DNA of 63,918 nt, the filler included, from Lama guanicoe (taxonomy: Eukaryota): assembly GCA_013239625.1 (NCBI GenBank). It is 76 parts of 73 records of this genome, joined end to end, with 100 filler letters (N's around TTAATTAATTAA, not from the genome) between each part and the next. Parts side by side here need not be neighbours in the genome. Positions count along the whole stretch, not along the records: positions 23,805 to 24,194 come from MU056591.1; positions 24,295 to 24,598 come from MU056591.1; positions 24,699 to 25,444 come from PNXV01021688.1; positions 25,545 to 26,338 come from PNXV01021689.1; positions 26,439 to 27,341 come from MU056593.1; positions 27,442 to 28,133 come from MU056594.1; positions 28,234 to 28,959 come from PNXV01021695.1; positions 29,060 to 29,935 come from MU056596.1; 68 more parts are not named here. One strand, written 5' to 3'. Shown piece by piece: positions 23,805 to 35,176 of the stretch. Made by a program: the position numbers and the translations under genes. Below the pieces are notes generated by a model. The model had not been told where the DNA came from. It did not search any database and saw nothing but the letters and a program-made list of their open reading frames with translations. The number at the start of each line of letters is the position of its first letter. The stretch's first letter is position 1.

Positions 23805-24194
23805 TAAAGAACCAGACAGTAGAATCCTATATGCCTCAGGCTATAGACAAGTCCCTGGCCCATAAGGTTCCTAATTCCTTAGGTGTAGATGCAGGTTTTG
23901 CCCCCGCTGCCACCTGGGTGTAAAGCACCAGTGGGTATGGTGGCTGCGTCTGAGCCCCTGCTCTATTCACCTAGAAACATTTATGGAATTTCAGAGATGG
24001 GAAATGCACCCTTCCACCCACAGGGCATGTCTGCCCTGTTGTTTTATGGAGGGCCCAGGTTGTTCTGATCACAGGGATCTGCCTGCTTAACTTAGTTCTG
24101 TCAGTCAACTTATACTATGTACATGTCCAAGTCTTGGAGGCTCTCCCTCCGTCCTGCTGATCTCTCAGTTGGAGATGGGAGACACAGTACAGTA
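23805..24194 (-). mobile_element. Older LINE-1 5' UTR fragment
   Basis: Shares cagagatggg..tgcacccttcc..gttttatggagggcccaggttgttctg with 11785-11860. Confidence 0.65.
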
Positions 24195-24294
24195 NNNNNN
24201 NNNNNNNNNNNNNNNNNNNNNNNNNNNNNNNNNNNNNNTTAATTAATTAANNNNNNNNNNNNNNNNNNNNNNNNNNNNNNNNNNNNNNNNNNNN

Positions 24295-24598
24295 AGTAGA
24301 AATAAAACTTGATATTACAGAAATACAAAAAGAAGATTATGAAAGCAGTCTGAGCTGTTACGTGGCAGTCATCTGAACGACCTAAAAGAAATGGACAAAT
24401 TTCTAGGAACGTACAGCCTGCCAACATTCAATAAAGAGAAAACTGAGAACATGATAAGAGCAATCAGTTTAAGTTGAATAAAATGTATAATTTTAGAAAT
24501 ACCCCTTGATCAAAATGCCTGGATTACTTCACTAATACCTCTTTCTCCTAACTATTTTTAAAAATGAAGGAGGAAGGAAAATTCCCAAAGTTATTCTA
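24295..24598 (+). mobile_element. LINE-1 ORF2 fragment (degenerate)
   Basis: gacctaaaagaaatggacaaatttctaggaacgtacagcctgccaa encodes an L1-like LKEMDKFL segment. Confidence 0.8.
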
Positions 24599-24698
24599 NN
24601 NNNNNNNNNNNNNNNNNNNNNNNNNNNNNNNNNNNNNNNNNNTTAATTAATTAANNNNNNNNNNNNNNNNNNNNNNNNNNNNNNNNNNNNNNNNNNNN

Positions 24699-25444
24699 AG
24701 GAGAAACACTTACTCTGGTTTCTCAGTCTGTATCCTAGTGCCGGTTTCAAATTCATACGGTTTGCTCTGTAATGCCGAGTTGGAGCTTGTTCCTCCCCAT
24801 ATATATGTATCGAGTGGAGTTGGCAAACGACAAGAAACTTTGTATTCCCTTCAAGCGAGGTGAAGGACGGCTTTCACACACACTTATCTCTCAGAAGTGA
24901 GCATATGGATAGACGTTCCTTCATCCAGCAAAAAGGGAACGGGTTGCATGAGAAACCCTTACTCTGGTTTCTCAGTCTGTTTCCTAGTGCCGGTTTGAAG
25001 TGCCTGCTCTTTTCACTGCAAAAACGACTTTGAGCTTATACCTCCTCATATATATGTATGGAGTGGAGTTGGCAACTGAAAAGAAACTTTGTGTTCCCTT
25101 CAAGCTAAGTGAAGGACGGCTTTCACACACACTTATCTCTCAGAACTGAGCATGTGGAGAGACGTTCGTTCATCCAGCACAAAGGGAACGGTTTGCAGGA
25201 GAAACCCTTACTCTGGTTTCTCAGTCTGTTTCCTAGTGCCGGTTTGAAGTGCCTGCCATTTTCACTGTAAAGCCGTGTTGGAGCTTGTACCTGCCCATAT
25301 ATATGTATGGAGTGGAGTTTGCAACTGAAAAGAAACTTTGTGTTCCCTTCAAGCTAGGTGAAGGACGGCTTTAACACACACTTAGTGAGCATATTGAGAG
25401 ACTTTCGTTCATCCAGCACAAATGGAACGGGTTGCAGGAGAAAC
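24699..25444 (-). repeat. ~248-bp satellite, subfamily B
   Basis: Three tandem reverse-strand monomers with diagnostic gttcccttcaagct, catccagca and ttatctctcag. Confidence 0.93.
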
Positions 25445-25544
25445 NNNNNNNNNNNNNNNNNNNNNNNNNNNNNNNNNNNNNNNNNNNNTTAATTAATTAA
25501 NNNNNNNNNNNNNNNNNNNNNNNNNNNNNNNNNNNNNNNNNNNN

Positions 25545-27341
25545 TAGAATTTAGAATGTAGAACATAGAATATAGAATATAGGATACAGAATGTAAAATA
25601 TACTATGTAGAATATAGAATGAAGAACACAAATATAGAATATATAATAGAGAGTATAGGAAACAGAACTTAGAACATGGAATGAAGAACAGAGAATTAAG
25701 AATATAGAATACAGAATACTGAATATAGAATTTAGAATATAGAATGTAGAACACAGAATTTAGAATATAGAATTCAGAATACTGAATATAGAATTTAGAA
25801 TATAGAGCGTTGAAAACATAATATAGAATATAAAACACGGAATGCAGAATATAGAACGTACAATAAAGATTGTAAACAAAAAATATAGAAATCAAAAGAG
25901 AATATAGAACCCAGAATTAAGAAATGGAGTGCAGAACAAAGAATTTAGAATATACAATACAGAAGAATGAAAACATAATATAGAATATAAAACACGGAAT
26001 GCAGAATATAGAACCTACAATACAGAATGTAAACAAAAAATATAGAAATGAATAGAGAATATAGAACCCAGAATTAAGAAATGGAGTGCAGAACAAAGAA
26101 TTTAGAATATACAATACAGAAGACCGAATATAGCTTTCAGAATATAGAATGTAGAACACAGAATATAGAATATAGAATACGGAATGCAGAATATGGTATG
26201 TAGAATATGGAATGAAGAACACAATGTATAGAATATAGAATAGAGAAAATAGAACCCAGCATTTAGAACACGGATATAGAACACAAAATTTAGAATAGAG
26301 AATTCAGAATACTGAATATAGAATTTAGAATATAGAATNNNNNNNNNNNNNNNNNNNNNNNNNNNNNNNNNNNNNNNNNNNNTTAATTAATTAANNNNNN
26401 NNNNNNNNNNNNNNNNNNNNNNNNNNNNNNNNNNNNNNTATAGAATGAAGACACAGTATAAAGAATATATAATACTGAATGCAGTATGTAGAATGTAGAA
26501 TATAATGAAAACACAAATTATACAATATAGAATACAGAATATAGAAGCCAGAATTTAGAAAATGGAATTCAAAACACAGAATTAAGAATATAGAATACAG
26601 AATATGAATATAGAATTAAGAATATAGAATGCAGAACACAGAATATCGAATAGAAAATACAGAACACAGAATTTAGAACATGGAATTCAGAACAAAGAAT
26701 TCCGTATATAGAACACAGAATACTGAATATAGAATTTTGAATATAGCATGCGGAACACAGAATTTAGAATATAGAATACAGAGAGCTGAATATAGAGTTT
26801 AGAATACAGAATGTAGAACACAGAATATAAAATATTGAATAAAGAAAATTGAAGCCAGAATTTTCAACATGGAATGAAGAACACAGAATTTAGAATATAG
26901 AATACAGAATACTGAATATAGAAATTAGAATATAGAATGAAGACACAGTATAAAGAATATATAATACCGAATGCAGTATATAGAATGTAGAATACATAAT
27001 GAAAACACAAAATATACAATNNNNNNNNNNNNNNNNNNNNNNNNNNNNNNNNNNNNNNNNNNNNNNNNNNNNNNNNNNNNNTATAGAAGCCAGAATTTAG
27101 AACATGGAATGCAGAACACAGAATTTAGAATATAGAATACAGAATACTGAATATCGAATTTAGAATATAGAATGTAGATCACAGAATATAGAATATAGAA
27201 TAGTGTATATAGAACCCAGAATTTAGAACATGGAATGCAGAACACATAATTTAGAATATAGAATACAGAATACTTAATAAACAATTAAAAAATTACTGAA
27301 TGTAGAATTTAGAATATAGAATGTAGAAATCAGAATATAGA
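25545..27341. repeat. 7-bp satellite (two scaffolds)
   Basis: Heptamer periodicity; a linker at ~26383 separates the two pieces. Confidence 0.95.
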
Positions 27342-27441
27342 NNNNNNNNNNNNNNNNNNNNNNNNNNNNNNNNNNNNNNNNNNNNTTAATTAATTAANNN
27401 NNNNNNNNNNNNNNNNNNNNNNNNNNNNNNNNNNNNNNNNN

Positions 27442-28133
27442 ATTTATCTTTTTAATCAGGCACTTTGTCTATTAAGAATTGTGATAATTAATGATAGACT
27501 GGTGTTTATATCCATTTTGAACTTCATTTTCCTTTTGATTTTGTATTTCCTTTTTGTTCATTTCTTTTTCTTTTGTGGCTTGATAATTTTTTTATTATCC
27601 TGGTTTCTTTTTGGATTTGTGACTTCACTGTAAGCTTTTGACTTATGGTTGACATGTTTTGTATGTATATTGACCCATTACTATATCTATTTATTTTAAC
27701 TGACAGGAATACAAATTCTAACCCATCCTAAAGAGAAGAGAAACAAGAAGGAAATACTCTGTATTATACTGTTTCACTCTCTTACACTTAAAAATTTTGA
27801 TGTCCTGTTTTACAACATCATGTTTATGCTATTGTAAGTCATTGTAGTTATTGCCTTTCTAATTATGCCTTTCTCTTTTCTATAACATCCTGCTTCTTTT
27901 TGTTTTAGAGTAGATCTTTCATTATTTCTTTTTCTGTTGCTAAATTCTTCTATATTTGTTTTTTCAGAAGTTATTTTTCTCTCCTTCTATTCTAAAGGAT
28001 AAAACTATAATATATTTTATGTATATGTAAAGAATAGTTAGAAATGAAGTTATCAATTGAGATGAAAACCTATACATTAAATTATAGAAAACATTGATGA
28101 AGGAAATTAAAACTGATCCAAAGAAAAGAAATG
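27442..28133. mobile_element. LINE-1 fragments in opposite orientations
   Basis: T-rich antisense L1-like sequence to ~28000, then sense ORF2-like aaaacattgatgaaggaaattaaa (KTLMKEIK). Confidence 0.6.
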
Positions 28134-28235
28134 NNNNNNNNNNNNNNNNNNNNNNNNNNNNNNNNNNNNNNNNNNNNTTAATTAATTAANNNNNNNNNNN
28201 NNNNNNNNNNNNNNNNNNNNNNNNNNNNNNNNNAC

Positions 28236-28404
28236 CATCAAGACAATGATGCGGTAAATCACGGCGACCTGCGAACACTGAGGGAGCCGGCGTTTCACCG
28301 TGGTCCAGGGCCTTATCCACAGCATTCTCTCACCAAAGGTGTCCGTGGACAAGAGACCACACCCGCACATCAGGAAACCCCTCCACTCTTTCTGAAAGGA
28401 CAGG
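28236..28404 (+). other. Candidate coding exon 3' part
   Basis: CpG-retaining open frame HQDNDAVNHGDLRTLREPAFHRGPGPYPQHSLTKG...LFLKGQ ends at a CAGG|GTGAGT donor, followed by AT-rich sequence. Confidence 0.4.
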
Positions 28405-29059
28405 GTGAGTCTGGAGTGGTGGGACGTCTATGATATACCCCTCAGTGAATAAAGCGAGCAGCAGAAAAACATATAGTATGGTCTCATTTTTAAATAAAGC
28501 ATATATACACACAAGTATACATGAAATTCTCATATGTGTGTATATATGTATGTCATAGGCATAAAGGTCATGAAATATATATACCAAATTTTCAACAGCT
28601 TTTACTCTCAGAAAGTAAGGGGAAGGGAGTTAGGGGCCTTCCTGTACCACCACAGTTCTCTTTTTAGTATTTCAGTTAAGTATACTTGGAATTTAAAACT
28701 TTATTTAAGTCCGAAGTAAAATGGACGATGCCTCCACAAGACAGAATGCTAAACTGGTCATCAAAAATCATGCCAGAGGAGAAAAAAATCATGCCAGAGG
28801 AGATAGAATATTGTAGAAAAACATACAAAAAGCCGAATGGAAAATGGAGGTCTCCACACAGTAAACAGGCACAGAGCGCTCGCTGGTTTTTTATGACAGA
28901 GGTGATACATGCTGACGAAAAGAACAGAAAATAGATGTTAACGTGTTAATTATTATCTTNNNNNNNNNNNNNNNNNNNNNNNNNNNNNNNNNNNNNNNNN
29001 NNNTTAATTAATTAANNNNNNNNNNNNNNNNNNNNNNNNNNNNNNNNNNNNNNNNNNNN

Positions 29060-29935
29060 TTAGAGCCCATTCCCCACCATCGCTCACTGCTAGGTCTAGG
29101 AAAAACTTCGGGAATTCAAGCTGATTTATTCTATTAGAACGCAGGCGCTGCTGTCAGTTGGAGGATATTCCACACACTCAGGATTCCGGATCCCAGCCTT
29201 GTGTGTGGGGGAGGTGTGTATACCCAGCCCACACAGATTAATGGGGGCACAGGTGTTCCACATTAGCGTGAAATCCTCTAAGTACTTCCTCAGTAAATCG
29301 GGGGGCACTCATTGCTACTTGGACTTCAAACCCAACCCNNNNNNNNNNNNNNNNNNNNNNNNNNNNNNNNNNNNNNNNNNNNNNNNNNNNNNNNNNNNNN
29401 NNNNNNNNNNNNNNNNNNNNNNNNNNNNNNNNNNNNNNNNNNNNNNNNNNNNNNNNNNNNNNNNNNNNNNNNNNNNNNNNNNNNNNNNNNNNNNNNNNNN
29501 NNNNNNNNNNNNNNNNNNNNNNNNNNNNNNNNNNNNNNNNNNNNNNNNNNNNNNNNNNNNNNNNNNNNNNNNNNNNNNNNNNNNNNNNNNNNNNNNNNNN
29601 NNNNNNNNNNNNNNNNNNNNNNNNNNNNNNNNNNNNNNNNNNNNNNNNNNNNNNNNNNNNNNNNNNNNNNNNNNNNNNNNNNNNNNNNNNNNNNNNNNNN
29701 NNNNNNNNNNNNNNNNNNNNNNNNNNNNNNNNNNNNNNNNNNNNNNNNNNNNNNNNNNNNNNNNNNNCAGGTTGTGGGATTTTGGTGAATAATTTCCTCT
29801 TCCCATGGAGAAGCACTCGCTAATACTTGGATTTACAGCCCAACCCCCAATTTATCCCGCACTCCGCCCTTGGCAAGGCATCATTGAAGAGAAATAAACG
29901 TATTGTATTAGAACCCAGGCGCTGCTGTTAGTTGG
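29060..29935 (-). repeat. Diverged relative of the 267-bp satellite
   Basis: The reverse complement contains ggaacacctgtg and tccggaatcctgagtgtgtgga, and is homologous to 60551-61650. Confidence 0.75.
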
Positions 29936-30606
29936 NNNNNNNNNNNNNNNNNNNNNNNNNNNNNNNNNNNNNNNNNNNNTTAATTAATTAANNNNNNNNN
30001 NNNNNNNNNNNNNNNNNNNNNNNNNNNNNNNNNNNGTTCACAGAGAGTGAAGCTGGAGGATCTCTGATTCTAGGAGGGGCTTGCCCTACTAGTAATGGCT
30101 TCATTGCAGCTCAGGTACTGATCCTTCAAAATGGATGCCTGAGTGGAGAGGAGGCAAGGGCAAGTGCTCACTAGCTAGGCCCAAACCTGGGAAAAGGCTT
30201 ACCTGGGCTTGTTGAATTTTGGTCTGAATGGCTTGGGAATGCCCCTTGGGACGTGTGGATTCTCACGACCTCTTCCAAGAACAGGAGCGTTTTGATCATC
30301 TCTGCCATTTCTTCTCCTTCAGACGTCAGGGACCTTGGACCCGTTATTGGAGAAGAGAATTGAGGAACTTCCTCAAGTCCACGTTGGCACTCCGTATGTT
30401 TCTGCCTGTATCAGTGAGTTTCAATATGTCTCATGAAAGAATGATTTTGAGCCTGGAATCGTCTACAGCTGTCTCCACGCCAGTATTCTCCATTGTAGCA
30501 GAACATNNNNNNNNNNNNNNNNNNNNNNNNNNNNNNNNNNNNNNNNNNNNTTAATTAATTAANNNNNNNNNNNNNNNNNNNNNNNNNNNNNNNNNNNNNN
30601 NNNNNN

Positions 30607-31075
30607 TGAGATGTTGGAGTAAGGAATAGTGACTTTATTTGAAAAGACGGCAGACTTTTCAATGGCATATTGATATCCAGTAGAACTCTCTTCCCCATGC
30701 AGAATTCAGTCTCATTTTATACTAAAAAGCGGCGGGGATGTGGCTGCTTGTTGCAAACTTCTTGCTATATGAATTGTTTCTCCTTGGAATCCTTTGTTCC
30801 TGCAGCTGTCCATGTGGGTCAAATTATGGTGCCCCCGTATAACCTCCAAAGAAAAGAAAGGTTATTCTCTATTTTGCAACTTGCCATCTGTACATAAGTG
30901 TAGATAATATCCTTAAATATCCGGAGAATAGGCCCTCCTGGGTATTTCAGGCTAAAGGCAACATTCTTTTACAAAAGGTGCAGAAACAGCAAGTCTGAGC
31001 CTAGAAAACAAGGTACAGGTTTAAAGTCAGACGAACATATCTAACATGGAGTGAAATTTGTTCTTTTCTATTAGA
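30607..31075. mobile_element. ERV LTR fragment
   Basis: gactttatt...ggaatcctttgttcctgcagctgtccatgtgggtca...aacctccaa resembles cetartiodactyl ERV1 LTRs. Confidence 0.55.
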
Positions 31076-32689
31076 ATTACTTTTTCTACCTCATAAATAA
31101 TTTTAGTATGAAACGAGCAATTTTTTTATTTTTGCTTCTTAATAAAGGACTAAAACTACACTTTAGTGAGCTGTGCGTGCTTTGGGGTCACAGCAAACTC
31201 TTGTTGGGGGTGGTCGACCCTGCAACATGTCTGATGCCCCATGAGTGTTGGTGAGGGTCCCCCTAACCAGGGGCTCTCTTCAGGAACCACCATATGGGCA
31301 TTGACCTCTGGAGACCTGTTTTTCAGCTGCAGGAAAATTTTTCAGAATCNNNNNNNNNNNNNNNNNNNNNNNNNNNNNNNNNNNNNNNNNNNNTTAATTA
31401 ATTAANNNNNNNNNNNNNNNNNNNNNNNNNNNNNNNNNNNNNNNNNNNNGAGGCGGTTCCATTTGTGACCCTGTCCTGGTTGTTCATGTAATAAAACATA
31501 AAATCTGTAAAAGTACAGTCCCTTTTACTCCGAAGACATTCCACAAATACTCCTTTAATCTGTGTGTGGTTTTAACAAGACACAATCATTAGAACATATA
31601 CTTGCAGGTTGCCAGTGCAAAATCCCCAAATCAATTGTCTAGCTCTACATCTAAAATTTTTCTAATCTACATTGGATTTGTATAGATAAGTGAAGTTGTT
31701 TGCTAAGAACTCAAGACCAGGTTTATAATATAGGCTGATGTAGCTCAGCAGGTCCTCCCAAGCTGAAGCTCTGCCAGAGGGCGGGGCCAGGGGAGAGGGC
31801 GGTTCCTGCCCTCCCTGAGCTGACAGTTACATGGCAAAGACCTTCACCAGGTGAAGAAATTGAAGTTTCTTCTAAGAAAATTGGGTCTGAAGAGTCCAAA
31901 AAGTGCGGGAGTGACACAATCCCATTTGTCTAATGTAGGGAAGAGTGGCTGTGGGGCCACTTGGGAGACTCGTGAGTCCAGGTGGGCAGTGTTGGTGGCT
32001 TCCACTTGAGCGGTAGGACAGTCAGTGGGTAAAAGCGAACAGATTGAAGGCATGTTTTGATGGTTAAAATGAAAGGATCAATGCTGTCTGTGAAGGTAGG
32101 ATGGAGTAAGGCCCAGGTTTCTGGGTGGATTAATGAGTTAAATAATGGTCCTGCTGTGTTCTGAGGAGGGAAATCTGCAGAGGGAGTTCTGGGGGAAAAC
32201 TGTTGAGTTCAGCTGTGGGTAAAGTGAAAAGGTATTAGATGTGTGATCTGGGAGCTCTGGTGAGAGCCAGTAGTGAGTAGGGGGCGGGGAGAAAGTCTTT
32301 CAAATCATTTTGTATTCTGAACATGCATATAAGAATGAGTAATGACATAACCCCTCTATATTCTGGATTTAAAANNNNNNNNNNNNNNNNNNNNNNNNNN
32401 NNNNNNNNNNNNNNNNNNTTAATTAATTAANNNNNNNNNNNNNNNNNNNNNNNNNNNNNNNNNNNNNNNNNNNNTGGATCAGGGAGGTAAAACTTGAGCT
32501 GCGGGCCTTGAAGGGTTACAGAATGGTACAGAGGCAGGTCTGCCACCTCCTTCAGGGTGCCACAGAGGTAAAGCTTTTTCTCTCCATCTCCCCTACGACC
32601 CTCCCCTCTCCAGATCCCTCCCTTCTGTCTGCTCCTCCTGTCCATCTGTCTCCCTCCACTTTTCCCCTCCTGTCCACCCGATCCCATCT

Positions 32690-33324
32690 TCTCCCTCCCT
32701 CGCTGTCCCACCTCTCGCAGAACTCGAGAGGCTCGCTGGCCCTCCTGCGCATGCGCAGTGGGTGCCACCTGGTCCGCTGGTTGGAAGCTCCAGCTCCGAG
32801 CAGGGGATCGGCCCAAAATCTACCGGTAGGCCTTTGGCTCCTGCCTGGGGCCGGGGCGTCTGTCTGTGGAAGTGCAAGGTGGGGGCTCCCGGGAAAGGGG
32901 TCAGGCGGCTGCGGGAGGGCGGTCCGCCTGTCACAGCCTCCCAGGGCGCCAGTCAGCCCGTGTTCAGCTGAATTGCTCAGGCCAGAACCCTCTGCCAGAG
33001 CCACCTGCCCCGGCGCCCCGGCCACAGCTGTCCAGGGCCAGGTGTGCACCTGCCGCCTCTCACCCAGCCGGGCTCCCCTCAGTCCGTGGCTGGCGTCCCC
33101 TTCCCTTCTACCGCCCGCGAGTCCTCTCCTCCCGTGCTGCCTCTCCTCGGCCGCCGGCCCGTCCCCACCACTGGGCGGGCTGTGTCCCGGGCGGGCGGGG
33201 TCTGCGGATCCAGACGGGGCGGGTGGCTGAGGCTGAGGCTGGCCTCTGAGCGGGGCTGCAGCCCGCGTACCCCCCCCCCGCTTTCCCTGCCCCGCGACCC
33301 CGGGGCTGCCTTCCTCTCCCTTTC
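32690..33324. promoter_or_regulatory. CpG island with a perfect NRF1 site
   Basis: Palindrome TGCGCATGCGCA at 32746-32757, GC boxes, and high GC and CpG content. Confidence 0.75.
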
Positions 33325-33424
33325 NNNNNNNNNNNNNNNNNNNNNNNNNNNNNNNNNNNNNNNNNNNNTTAATTAATTAANNNNNNNNNNNNNNNNNNNN
33401 NNNNNNNNNNNNNNNNNNNNNNNN

Positions 33425-33864
33425 TTAGAACATGGAATGCACAACACAGAATTTGGAATATAGAATACAGAATTCTGAAAATTGAATTAAGAATATAGAA
33501 TGTAGAACACAGAATATAAAATATAGAATAGGGAATATAGAACATGGAATGCAGAACACAGAATTTAGGACATAGATTACAAAATACTAGATATAAAATT
33601 TAGAATATAGAATATAGAACACAGAGTATAGAATGTAGAATACGGAATACTGAATATACAATTTAGAATATAGAATGTAGAACACAAAATATAGAATATA
33701 GAATACGAAATGCAGAATATAGAATACAGAATATAGAATATACAACACAGAATATAGAATATGGAAAACAAAACCCAGAAAAAATGGAATGCACAACACA
33801 GAATTAAGAACATACAAGAGAATACTGAATATAGTATTTAGAATATTGAATGTAGAACAGAGAA
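33425..33864. repeat. 7-bp satellite
   Basis: Heptamer periodicity. Confidence 0.95.
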
Positions 33865-34063
33865 NNNNNNNNNNNNNNNNNNNNNNNNNNNNNNNNNNNN
33901 NNNNNNNNTTAATTAATTAANNNNNNNNNNNNNNNNNNNNNNNNNNNNNNNNNNNNNNNNNNNNAAAATGAAAAGCCATTTCCATAAGACCTCTGTGTAA
34001 ATCTACTAGGGAATTTCATCCTGGACGGTGGAAGAGGACTGGGGAGGAGGGGGCGATCTCAGG

Positions 34064-34644
34064 TGCGGGGAGCCACTCATGACCTGAGGACTGCCGAGCA
34101 CAGAACGGGACAATAAATCCCAAAGTGCTGGCGTCAGGCTCTGAGATTGATCTAACAAAGGCAATCTCTGTCCTGCCACCCCTTTTCAGGGAAGAATACA
34201 CCAGGTGATCTAAAAGCCCTAGGAACATCCTGAGCCATTAAGCTACTGATGATCTTTGAACAGAGAGATACAATCAGCATACAAGTTAGTGATCTTAGTT
34301 TATAGAAACATTAACCTTAGTTAGTGATCTTNNNNNNNNNNNNNNNNNNNNNNNNNNNNNNNNNNNNNNNNNNNNNNNNNNNNNNNNNNNNNNNNNNNNN
34401 NNNNNNNNNNNNNNNNNNNNNNNNNNNNNNNNNNNNNNNNNNNNNNNNNNNNNNNNNNNNNNNNNNNNNNNNNNNNNNNNNNNNNNNNNNNNNNNNNNNN
34501 NNNNNNNNNNNNNNNNNNNNNNNNNNNNNNNNNNNNNNNNNNNNNNNNNNNNNNNNNNNNNNNNNNNNNNNNNNNNNNNNNNNNNNNNNNNNNNNNNNNN
34601 NNNNNNNNNNNNNNNNNNNNNNNNNNNNNNNNNNGGCTCCGACA
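34064..34644 (+). mobile_element. Betaretroviral 5' LTR (gapped)
   Basis: Ends ...ccgaca immediately before the PBS. The 5' boundary TGCGGGGAG at 34064 is inferred from the TG terminus and resemblance to the JSRV LTR start. Confidence 0.7.
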
Positions 34645-34662
34645 TGGCGCCCGAACAGGGAC
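34645..34662 (+). promoter_or_regulatory. Primer binding site for tRNA-Lys3
   Basis: TGGCGCCCGAACAGGGAC is the canonical 18-nt Lys3 PBS. A probable major splice donor GTAAGT follows at 34723. Confidence 0.95.
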
Positions 34663-34753
34663 CTGAAATCTGGAGGAGTTCGCTGCGTGAAGAAACGGAG
34701 AGCTCTCGACTTTAGAATAAGAGTAAGTCTCCGCGCGGAGTGTGTATGAGAGT

Positions 34754-35076
34754 ATGGGGCAAAATAATAGTAGGGGCTTATTTGTACAGATGCTTAGAGT
34801 TATGCTAAAAGAAAGAGGAATTCAGGTTACAAAGCAACTTTTAGAACAATTCCTTGTCTTTGTGGAGGAAATTTGTCCTTGGTTTCCAGAAAAAGGTACT
34901 GTTAATTTAGAAACCTTGAGGATTGTTGGAGTTCGTTTAAGAGACTATTATACAGCCAATGGCCCAAAGAAATTGCTGGCTACTATCCTTCCTTTATGGC
35001 AGTTAATTCGAGATTGCCTCGACCCGGCAACCAAAGGGGAAAAATTAGAAACAGTCAAAATAGTAAATACTGAACC
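34754..35076 (+). CDS. gag: Betaretroviral Gag matrix domain, open to the scaffold end
   Basis: MGQNNSRGLFVQMLRVMLKERGIQV...FVEEICPWFPEKGTVNLET...LWQLIRDCLD has the myristoylation MG start and CPWFP motif, and is colinear with recalled JSRV Gag. Confidence 0.93.
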
Positions 35077-35176
35077 NNNNNNNNNNNNNNNNNNNNNNNN
35101 NNNNNNNNNNNNNNNNNNNNTTAATTAATTAANNNNNNNNNNNNNNNNNNNNNNNNNNNNNNNNNNNNNNNNNNNN

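Noticed and set aside
32508..33376. Overlapping 110-240 aa Pro/Ala/Gly-rich ORFs
   Set aside because: Expected in GC-rich, stop-poor CpG-island DNA; no recognisable domain.
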